DNA of 64,000 bases from Clostridia bacterium (lineage in GTDB: Bacteria > Bacillota > Clostridia > UMGS1883 > UMGS1540), in the NCBI GenBank assembly GCA_045531205.1, contig JAZSDN010000042.1, positions 26,590 through 90,589 on the forward strand. Reading direction: 5' to 3'. This document shows positions 56,964-64,000 of the stretch, in pieces (the stretch's first letter is position 1; each line of letters begins with the position of its first letter). Under the pieces are notes generated by a model that saw only the letters and a program-made list of their open reading frames with translations, was not told the DNA's origin and searched no databases. The position numbers and the translations under genes are program-made.

Positions 56964-56992
56964 CACCTTGCAACATAATTTCAATTATGTGG
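56964..56992. repeat. Second copy of the 29-bp palindrome-containing repeat (central dinucleotide GA changed to TC)
   Basis: CACCTTGCAACATAATTTCAATTATGTGG against copy 1. The flanks match exactly and only the 2 central nucleotides differ. Confidence 0.5.
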
Positions 56993-57008
56993 TTTTTTTA
57001 TTTATGTT

Positions 57009-57848
57009 TTATAATCGTAAAAGTCCTAATTTTTGTATTTGTCTGCGGTGTACCTCACCTGTTTCCATAGTGTAGATACGGGTAGTGTTTACGCTTGAAT
57101 GACCGAGAATATCAGCGAGGCGTACAATATCTTTTTGTATGCTGTAATAGGTCCGTGCGAACAAATGACGGAGGTTGTGCGGGAACACTTTTTCTCTTGA
57201 AACTCCTGCATCTTCGCAAAGTGCTTTCATCATTTTCCATATAGAACTTCTATCAAGCGGCTTTCCTGTTTTGGTAATGAATATAGAACCGCTTGTTATT
57301 TTTTGCCCTCTTGCGTATCCCAGCAGCATTTTGCAAAGGTCTTTAGGGAGAATTACGACTCGCATTTTTCCTTTACAATTTATATTTGCTTTGCAATTTT
57401 TCGCAGCCTCAACCGTAATTGCAGACAATTCTGACACCCTGATTCCGCTTGAACAAATTGTCTGCATAAGATAATAAAGCCTTTCATTTTTCTTTTGCGT
57501 TGCAGCCACAAGTAATTTTTCGTATTCAGCCTTTGTAAGTTCCTTGCTTCTCTCTGCAAAAATCTGTTTTTGGATTTTGAGCATTTTAACCTTCAATCCG
57601 TGCCATTCGTTGTACGCAAAGAAACTGTTGAGAGATGATAAGACGGAATTTACAGATGCCGGAGCATAATGTTCTATTAATCCCTGTTTATATCTCAGCA
57701 CAAGAGCTTTGTCTATTTCTGCGCTGTTGCACCATTCCATAAAAGCTGTTATGTCCCGAATATACTTTTCCAGGGTTGAGGCTGACTTTTCTTCGTCTAT
57801 CAAGTGTTTTCTAAATTTTTGTATTAGTATGTTTGTGATTTTTTTCAT
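57009..57848 (-). CDS. Tyrosine recombinase (XerD-like small integrase)
   Basis: HNLRHLFARTYY...LGHSSVNTTRIYT catalytic motifs. 279 aa. Confidence 0.8.
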   Translation of the reverse strand: MKKITNILIQKFRKHLIDEEKSASTLEKYIRDITAFMEWCNSAEIDKALVLRYKQGLIEHYAPASVNSVLSSLNSFFAYNEWHGLKVKMLKIQKQIFAERSKELTKAEYEKLLVAATQKKNERLYYLMQTICSSGIRVSELSAITVEAAKNCKANINCKGKMRVVILPKDLCKMLLGYARGQKITSGSIFITKTGKPLDRSSIWKMMKALCEDAGVSREKVFPHNLRHLFARTYYSIQKDIVRLADILGHSSVNTTRIYTMETGEVHRRQIQKLGLLRL

Positions 57849-57933
57849 ATTTAGTCAACTCCTTTATTCTATTTTAACACTATTTTCAGAATATATAAGA
57901 GTTGTCAATAATTTGCGTTTTAAATTTTGCATA

Positions 57934-58155
57934 TTAAAAGGCGATTGTTATTTCGTTATCCGAAATACAGTCGCCTTCTTCATACATTTTCTTTGCCATA
58001 AGCAATGCGTGCTTGACATAGAGAATATTTAGTTGTTCTTTTATTTCTTTTGATTTTATACCTTGTTGAACCATCCTGAATATTTCAGCAACCACAGCAC
58101 TTTCAATTCCGTATTTGTCGCCGTGCATAATCTCTTCCAAAGTGTACTTTGCCAT
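57934..58155 (-). CDS. Small hypothetical protein
   Basis: ORF MAKYTLEEIMHGDKYG... sits between the RHH gene and the recombinase. Confidence 0.35.
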   Translation of the reverse strand: MAKYTLEEIMHGDKYGIESAVVAEIFRMVQQGIKSKEIKEQLNILYVKHALLMAKKMYEEGDCISDNEITIAF

Positions 58156-58217
58156 CCACACCACCTCCTTGTAACACAAACAATATCACAAGAAAGATAG
58201 CAAGTCCACGAAGGATT

Positions 58218-58583
58218 TTACAATTTTCCATGTCTTTTCTTAACATTTTCAATTGCCATCTCTTCAATGTCTTCCATGTAGTACTGCGTATAGGCTCCAC
58301 TCATAATCATCGTTTGCTTTTCGATGCTAACAGCGAATTTGAAAAGCATATCAACGACTCTGTCGGTATGACCTGCAATTGTAGAATCTACCGCTTGAAC
58401 CAACAGTTTATTCATGTATGTACCTATGCTATCATATTGAAGTTTCGAGAGGTATTCTTCGATAGCTTCACCGCAAAATGCACTCTCACTTTTGTAGCCA
58501 AGGTCCTCAACATAATTTTTAATTTGTCTTTGTACCCCGATAGGAACATTGAAAGTCATCTTTACTTTTCTGTTCTTCTTCAT
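58218..58583 (-). CDS. Ribbon-helix-helix-like DNA-binding protein (candidate relaxosome accessory protein)
   Basis: N-terminal beta-strand then helix pattern KMTFNVPIGVQRQIKNYVEDLGYKSESAF. Lies directly downstream of the relaxase. Confidence 0.4.
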   Translation of the reverse strand: MKKNRKVKMTFNVPIGVQRQIKNYVEDLGYKSESAFCGEAIEEYLSKLQYDSIGTYMNKLLVQAVDSTIAGHTDRVVDMLFKFAVSIEKQTMIMSGAYTQYYMEDIEEMAIENVKKRHGKL

Positions 58584-58601
58584 TATATTTTCACCTCCTT
58601 A

Positions 58602-59729
58602 TTACATTCCATGATGGATACCCATCGCAGAATCTTTTCTGTATTCTTTTGTTCTCTCTTTTGAATCCACAATTGATTTCGTGAACCCTTCCTTGATGTC
58701 ATAGTCAATCGACTGCTCAAACATTTTACAGATAGCAAAAATAATTCCGCCGTAGGGCAGGCTGCCTTGCTCTTTATCTGTATATAAATCATTCTTTTTG
58801 TTGTCATAGATAGCCGCCCTAAGAACAATATTTTCCAAGCGTCTTTGGAGATTAAGATTGTTCTCTAAGCTATCAAAACATTCTTCGGGATCCTTGCGAT
58901 AATATTTTAAGAGAGCTAACTGAACCTGACACCATTGTTGATACAAATCCTGCAGGTTTTGGTCCTTGCAAACAATTTTTACAACCGCATCAACTTTTTC
59001 CTTTTGCTCACTGGAAATGAATTGATAATTGTTCCTGCCTGTGTATCCATTAAGAGAGAATTTTAAGTCAACGAAAGCTTTGGCAAACCCATCGGGAGCT
59101 TCACCAATGTCTGCATTAAACTCACTCACTTTTTCTTTCACAGACTCAACAATTTTATCTCGAAGAGATTGTCTCTCATCATAGAGTTGTTTCATCTCAT
59201 CTTTGAAAATAGTTTTTGTTAATGAGTCTTTGTATCTGAGGTAGTCTCTCGCACAAAGAAATTCGCCGCCAGGTTCCTTATTGAACAGAAGAAAATGAAC
59301 ATGATAGTGTCCTTCCTCTTTATGAAACGCTGCGTACCATTTCATATTTTCAGCAGGAATTCTGTGGTAGGATGCAATCTCAAATTGCTTAGACCTGAGA
59401 AGATTTCTCCATGCCTCCGGCGTATCATACCCAAGTCTTTCTGCATCAGTTTGTCTGAGAGATATGACTTGTCTCCATACGATTCCGTTGTGATTATATA
59501 TTTCTTCTGACGCTTTACGCAGATTAACATAGTCCTCCTGACCAAACAAACCGTGTTCGCCCATCTTAACAACTCCCGGTCTCTCCGCAGCATATTGAGG
59601 AAAAACCTTCGACCTTATTGTGTTAATTGTTTTGTCAACTCTGTCTCTCCTTGAGATATAATTTGTGAAGCTTCCACCGACTGATTTGCCGGTCTTACTG
59701 TATTCTGTACATATAACAACTTTACTCAT
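58602..59729 (-). CDS. mob: MobA/MobL-family (MOBQ-like) relaxase
   Basis: N-terminal catalytic-Tyr region VVICTEYSKTGKSVGGSFTNYISRR. Histidine triad HKEEGHYHVHFLLFN. ATG at 59729 with a GGAGTG RBS. Confidence 0.65.
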   Translation of the reverse strand: MSKVVICTEYSKTGKSVGGSFTNYISRRDRVDKTINTIRSKVFPQYAAERPGVVKMGEHGLFGQEDYVNLRKASEEIYNHNGIVWRQVISLRQTDAERLGYDTPEAWRNLLRSKQFEIASYHRIPAENMKWYAAFHKEEGHYHVHFLLFNKEPGGEFLCARDYLRYKDSLTKTIFKDEMKQLYDERQSLRDKIVESVKEKVSEFNADIGEAPDGFAKAFVDLKFSLNGYTGRNNYQFISSEQKEKVDAVVKIVCKDQNLQDLYQQWCQVQLALLKYYRKDPEECFDSLENNLNLQRRLENIVLRAAIYDNKKNDLYTDKEQGSLPYGGIIFAICKMFEQSIDYDIKEGFTKSIVDSKERTKEYRKDSAMGIHHGM

Positions 59730-59789
59730 AATTTCACACTCCAATCTTAAAAATTCTTGTAATTTTGAAGACACCTGTTTTAACACCTG

Positions 59790-60060
59790 TTGAAACGCCC
59801 ACACGGCGCGGTCTGACGGGAATACCGCACACCCAAACCGCACCTGTAGATGCATTTTAGAAACTCTCCGCCGGGCTTCGCACGGCGATGTAAGCCTGCT
59901 TGGGGCGGAAAGCGCACCAAGCTTTATCCTGTTTCTATCATTTTCGCATGCTTCGTTCCTCGGGGCGCCCCGTCAGGTGATTTCTCGTACTTCCGTTTGT
60001 TCTTTTAAATCGATTTTAAGGGCTGACCATGCGGTTTATATGGCGGATACGAGAGGCTAA
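59790..60060. other. GC-rich 270-bp island immediately upstream of the relaxase gene (candidate oriT or structured RNA)
   Basis: Local GC is far above the surrounding AT-rich sequence. Palindromes such as CGGGGCGCCCCG. Confidence 0.4.
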
Positions 60061-60144
60061 CTTTTTGGTGTGGTGTACCTACCTTACCGCAAAATTTCCG
60101 TTTTCAAACCTGCTGTGGCGTTGGCATTGAAACGGGTAAATAAT

Positions 60145-60588
60145 TTATGCGGTTGCTTTCGGATGCTTTCTGTTATATTCATCAAGCATCTTCTGAGCTT
60201 TTGCCCGAGCTGCAACCTCGTTAACATTTTTCATCTGCTCATAATGATAATGTTCAATCGCATCCTGTATAGGACGAATTGTATATTTCAGGTTGCCGTT
60301 TCTTTTCTTACCATCTTTCAGAATTACTTCTGTAGGTTCGGTATAGATTAAGCACTTATCTTCAAGCTCTCTTACATATTTAGCAACAGTACCTTTACTT
60401 TTAATCTTAAGAGCCTTACCGATAGTTTTGTAGCTCGGGTAGCACTGATAAGTTTTTCTGTCCTCGATATACATGAGGTAGAAATATATTGCCAGTGCCG
60501 TTGCGCTTATATCCAACTGCATAATGTAGTTGGATATTATAAACACATTTCTAAGCTTGTGTTGCTGATTTAAATAATAGTACTTCAT
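60145..60588 (-). CDS. Winged-HTH (HTH_36-like) DNA-binding protein, replication/maintenance-type
   Basis: LDISATALAIYFYLMYIEDRKTYQCYPSYKTIGKALKI. Confidence 0.5.
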   Translation of the reverse strand: MKYYYLNQQHKLRNVFIISNYIMQLDISATALAIYFYLMYIEDRKTYQCYPSYKTIGKALKIKSKGTVAKYVRELEDKCLIYTEPTEVILKDGKKRNGNLKYTIRPIQDAIEHYHYEQMKNVNEVAARAKAQKMLDEYNRKHPKATA

Positions 60589-60959
60589 GCTGCTCCTCCT
60601 TTCGAGTTTTGATTTAAATGTTTCACATCATACTCCGCAAGTAGTTCCATCAATCCATTCTGATTTATCACACATGCAATGATTAAATACATTAGTATCT
60701 TCACTCCAAAGTCTCGATTCAAACTCACAAAGATTTTGATAGCACTGTCCAAATGTTCAGGCATCATTTTCTCTGAAAGTATGTATCTTATTTCATTATT
60801 CGAATAATTTTTATCTCCAACTTTGAATTCTTGCATGTCCCACAGCTGACTTATTGCGTGTCGAGAAAATGCTTTTAGTCTACCATTGGGAAATTCATTA
60901 TTTCTTGATGGATGATAGAAAGTGCTCTTTAGATAATCTTTAAATTCATATGTTTTCAT
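60585..60959 (-). CDS. Hypothetical protein
   Basis: ORF overlaps its neighbour by 4 nt. No recognisable domain. Confidence 0.35.
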   Translation of the reverse strand: MKTYEFKDYLKSTFYHPSRNNEFPNGRLKAFSRHAISQLWDMQEFKVGDKNYSNNEIRYILSEKMMPEHLDSAIKIFVSLNRDFGVKILMYLIIACVINQNGLMELLAEYDVKHLNQNSKGGAA

Positions 60960-60975
60960 AGTGTAAATTCACCTC

Positions 60976-61191
60976 CTACATAACATTAATTTTTGTCTCA
61001 ACCCATTGTTTGAAATTCTCTTTAGGAACAATCAATCTGTTCCCAACTTTCAGCGACGGAAAATCTTTTTCATGCATTAATTCGTATGCACTTGAAATTG
61101 ATATTCCTAACACTTTTGCAACTGTATCTGCATTTAGAAACAGAGGCAATTCATCGTAGGTTTTATAGATTGATTCTTTCAATACATTCAC
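60976..61191 (-). CDS. Excisionase-like HTH DNA-binding protein
   Basis: LFLNADTVAKVLGISISSAYELMHEKDFPSLKVGNRLIVPKENFKQW resembles the Xis/MerR-like DNA_binding_excisionase fold. Confidence 0.6.
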   Translation of the reverse strand: MNVLKESIYKTYDELPLFLNADTVAKVLGISISSAYELMHEKDFPSLKVGNRLIVPKENFKQWVETKINVM

Positions 61192-61371
61192 TTCCTTTCG
61201 TATTAAAATTTTATTTAAGGACCGCCGAATACAAATTTAATTTGCAAATAACAGATGTTGAATAAATCCGTTATCTGTGATACAATTATATAAAATCTGA
61301 TTTTAACATTACATAGATAATTGCAAAAAATTTATTTTGATAAAATGTATTATTTGCAAGGAGGGACAAAT

Positions 61372-62487
61372 ATGTACTACGAAAAGCAAGGACCTCATAT
61401 GAGAGTGTTTGATGGTGCGGATGGAAAATTATATTATTTGACAAAACATAGAAATAATAAAACAACTTTTTATATAGAAAAAAGTCCGGGTTCAATCGTT
61501 GTGACTTTATGTGAAACTGATTTTACAGAATACAAAAACAAAATTAACGAACTAAAAGAGATTCCATACTCATTTGACAAATTTGAATCTCTCAAAGAGC
61601 AGGTATGGAATATATGCGATATGTTAAAACCCTTAAATGAAAAGCTATATTTCTTTACCCACAATGCTGTTTATCTAATATTCGATAAACTGATCAACAT
61701 AAAACATCCAAGTGATTTGTTTGTTTTGGACGAAATATATAAAAAAGATATTGCGACAGCAATTGAAACTTTAGAGGAAGTCTTAGTACTTCAGGAAATC
61801 TTTAAATTCGCAATCAATCTCTGCCTCGATAAAGAAAATCTCCCCAAACGTCATGTGTCTGAGAAGTTAGTTGGATTTTTATTTAAACATAAACAATTTA
61901 ATAATTTTTTTGCGTGCTTTGGATATGCCTTAATGCCAAATAAAAACGGAAAGTTAGATTACGACAAAGTCAAGTATTTGAACGATAATAATATTAACGA
62001 TACCAAGGAGCAACTTGATTTTATGCACAAAAGCGGCCAACACTTAAGTCTGATGACATATACAATCATTGATTATTTACATGAGCTCATTTACTTTGAA
62101 TTTATGCATATGCTAAAGAGCGGGAGACAAGTTAAGGTGTGTAAAAACTGCGGTAGATACTTTGTTTTAGAAGATAAAAGAAAACGTGAATACTGTTATC
62201 GAATATATAAGGACGGTAAAACATGTAAAGAGGTAGGTCATACAAACACCTATAAAAAATCATTAGGAGACGAAGATTCTCCATTGAAAATAGGACAACG
62301 GTTGTATAATAAACTATTTTCAAGAATGGACAGAGCACGGAATAAGCTTCCTGAGCAGTTAACCGATAAGGATATGACAGAGGAAGAGTTCTTTGAATGG
62401 TCGAAAATTTATTCCTCTGCTAAAACTGACTATAAAAAAGGAATATTAATCGGCGAAAAGTTTATTGAGAAAATATGGAGAGATTAA
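61372..62487 (+). CDS. Hypothetical protein with C-terminal Cys4 zinc-finger-like motif
   Basis: Strong GGAGGG RBS before the ATG at 61372. VKVCKNCGRYFVLEDKRKREYCYRIYKDGKTCKE. Confidence 0.45.
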   Translation: MYYEKQGPHMRVFDGADGKLYYLTKHRNNKTTFYIEKSPGSIVVTLCETDFTEYKNKINELKEIPYSFDKFESLKEQVWNICDMLKPLNEKLYFFTHNAVYLIFDKLINIKHPSDLFVLDEIYKKDIATAIETLEEVLVLQEIFKFAINLCLDKENLPKRHVSEKLVGFLFKHKQFNNFFACFGYALMPNKNGKLDYDKVKYLNDNNINDTKEQLDFMHKSGQHLSLMTYTIIDYLHELIYFEFMHMLKSGRQVKVCKNCGRYFVLEDKRKREYCYRIYKDGKTCKEVGHTNTYKKSLGDEDSPLKIGQRLYNKLFSRMDRARNKLPEQLTDKDMTEEEFFEWSKIYSSAKTDYKKGILIGEKFIEKIWRD

Positions 62488-62490
62488 AAT

Positions 62491-62525
62491 AAGACGAAAA
62501 TAAAATCAATTTTATTTTCGTCTTT
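62491..62525 (+). terminator. Intrinsic terminator (AAGACGAAAATAAAAT..ATTTTATTTTCGTCTT)
   Basis: Perfect hairpin. Confidence 0.65.
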
Positions 62526-62668
62526 ATCTTTCATTTTAAAGATCTCAATATTAGCCATATCAATCTACTCACTTATTTTCTTAATACTAGCAATACAAAA
62601 TTAATTCATGTGAAACACTTTAAAGCATACTATGATAAACAACAAATATACACTAAGTTTAAACATTT

Positions 62669-63043
62669 TTATAAAACAAAAGAAAGTATAGGTATTTTAT
62701 TAGCATATGTGAAAATTAAAATGTCTTTAATACATGTAGTACTTTTTTTGTATAAACACCATAAAACAAAAGTATAACAATTGTTTTTTATAATATGATA
62801 CTGCTTTCCTTCGCCAGCAAAATTTTTTGAAGATTTTATAATATCTTCATCATTAAGGGCGCTATTAAAACTGATAAATTTCACACTTCTATTTCTTGAG
62901 AAATGAAATAAATCATCACACTTTACAATCTTATCATTAGCAAAAAAATTATTTGTTTTCGATGAATAATGATAAATTTGTGAACTATTTATATAGATAC
63001 CAATATGCGTAAAAACTTTATCTTTTCTAATAATGAAATACAT
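62669..63043 (-). CDS. LRAT/NlpC-P60-superfamily small protein (permuted papain-like fold)
   Basis: HIGIYI His-box and NNCYTFV (NC..F) catalytic Cys box in the order typical for LRAT-like proteins. Confidence 0.45.
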   Translation of the reverse strand: MYFIIRKDKVFTHIGIYINSSQIYHYSSKTNNFFANDKIVKCDDLFHFSRNRSVKFISFNSALNDEDIIKSSKNFAGEGKQYHIIKNNCYTFVLWCLYKKSTTCIKDILIFTYANKIPILSFVL

Positions 63044-63047
63044 AGAC

Positions 63048-63857
63048 TCACCTTGAATGTAAATATATAGTAATTAGATCATATATAAATATTATTTTTA
63101 TGCTTTCACTGACAATCCAATATACCGATTTTTTATTTGCAAAACATAAAAGCATCATTAAAATTATAAAAACATAAATAAGATATCTAATGAAACTTAT
63201 TTCAAGGAAAAATATTTCTTTCATTAAGAAGGCTGCCAATAAAAGTATAAAGGAAATGAAAAGACCAAAATTGACAGATGGGCGTTTTATGTTCGGAATC
63301 ACCTTGTCTCCATCTCGATCTCGAATGTCCATGAAAATCTCCCTGCCAAATGTAAACAAGAAAGCCATTACTCCCAACTCCACTATTTGCATATTGATTT
63401 TTCCTTCATAAAAAAGCGGAATCAAAACAACCGTTACAGAACAAAGTGCTGTGAATAGATTCTTCAAAATCCAATTTGCTTTACAATGCTTAGAATATAT
63501 GTAAAATACAATCAATATTGCAGACAGATATATGAAATATAAGATGTTTTGTAAAGTAATTGCATATAAAAATCCTAAGGCAATCATAATTTTATATAAT
63601 ATCTTTGCTTCACAAACAGAAAACATCCCTGATGGCAATGGCCGCTGAGGAGCACTGATCACATCAATTTGAATGTCAAAAATATCATTTTGAATATATC
63701 CTGCAATAATGACAAGTGCTAACGGAATGACAATATGTAATTCATATACACCAGCATAATTTAAAGAAATCATAGCCAATAATATACTCACACTTACGAT
63801 TGGCAACCGCAATAACCACAGCAAAGCAAATATCTTTCTATCAAGCTTTGTTAGCAT
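63048..63857 (-). CDS. UbiA-family prenyltransferase (integral membrane)
   Basis: NDIFDIQIDVISAPQRPLPSG matches the NDxxDxxxD Mg-binding motif. Multiple TM segments. Confidence 0.65.
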   Translation of the reverse strand: MLTKLDRKIFALLWLLRLPIVSVSILLAMISLNYAGVYELHIVIPLALVIIAGYIQNDIFDIQIDVISAPQRPLPSGMFSVCEAKILYKIMIALGFLYAITLQNILYFIYLSAILIVFYIYSKHCKANWILKNLFTALCSVTVVLIPLFYEGKINMQIVELGVMAFLFTFGREIFMDIRDRDGDKVIPNIKRPSVNFGLFISFILLLAAFLMKEIFFLEISFIRYLIYVFIILMMLLCFANKKSVYWIVSESIKIIFIYDLITIYLHSR

Positions 63858-64000
63858 AATATTCTTCTACTTCCTTTTCCAATAGCGTCTCGTTTTGCGA
63901 TTTAAAAGCTGTGTTCTTTTTAATCTTTACCTTTCGAAGAACCCTATATATCCAATAAAAATCAAAAATCATAATAAAAGACAACCTGGTTATATATAAT

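Noticed and set aside
59790-60060. Group II intron or retron fragment explaining the GC-rich island.
   Set aside because: No reverse-transcriptase ORF and no domain V-like motif were recognised. Its position next to the relaxase favours oriT.
1-64000. CRISPR arrays, rRNA genes and prophage structural modules.
   Set aside because: No regularly spaced direct repeats, rRNA-like conserved stretches, or capsid, tail or terminase-like ORFs were seen.

Overview
This window comes from an AT-rich Firmicutes (Clostridia-like) chromosome and has three parts. (1) Positions 1-2140 are the xis-int end of a Tn916-family conjugative element, with integrase arm-type repeats and an outward consensus promoter. 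Next to it sit a secreted nuclease, an XRE regulator, a DUF1273 protein, a polysaccharide deacetylase and a permease. (2) Positions 6.8-40.9 kb are a conserved core block: a pyr operon (pyrC-carB-[280-nt structured element]-pyrK-pyrD-pyrF-pyrE-[secreted transglutaminase-like protein]-pyrB-pyrI), then guaB, then a ZTP-riboswitch-controlled purine operon ending in fhs. The purine operon is purE-purC-purF-like-purM-purN-purO-like-purH(AICARFT only)-purD-large purL-fhs. After it come a second DUF1273 with DUF3842, an ECF S-component with a terminator-type leader, a GntR-ABC module, and recR-ybaB-dnaX with the Bacillus-type SRP RNA upstream of dnaX. (3) From tRNA-Trp at 41.3 kb to the window end is an accessory island. 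It holds a 5' tRNA-Trp fragment plus an intact tRNA-Trp, a tyrosine integrase, an ISL3 insertion with an intact 8-bp target duplication, and the most interesting system in the window. That system is a TetR-controlled operon with a SipW-type signal peptidase, five TasA/camelysin-like proteins with SipW-cognate signal peptides, a 1453-aa Cys/His-rich surface protein with Listeria-Bacteroides repeats and CnaB-like domains, a chimeric TasA-like/CnaB protein with a non-canonical LIQTG sorting signal, and a sortase. Together these suggest a sortase-anchored TasA-type fibre. Downstream is a compact mobilizable module (tyrosine recombinase, RHH protein, MobA/MobL relaxase, GC-rich candidate oriT, HTH_36 and Xis-like proteins) and cargo: a zinc-finger protein, an LRAT/NlpC-P60-like protein and a UbiA prenyltransferase. 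No CRISPR array was seen.
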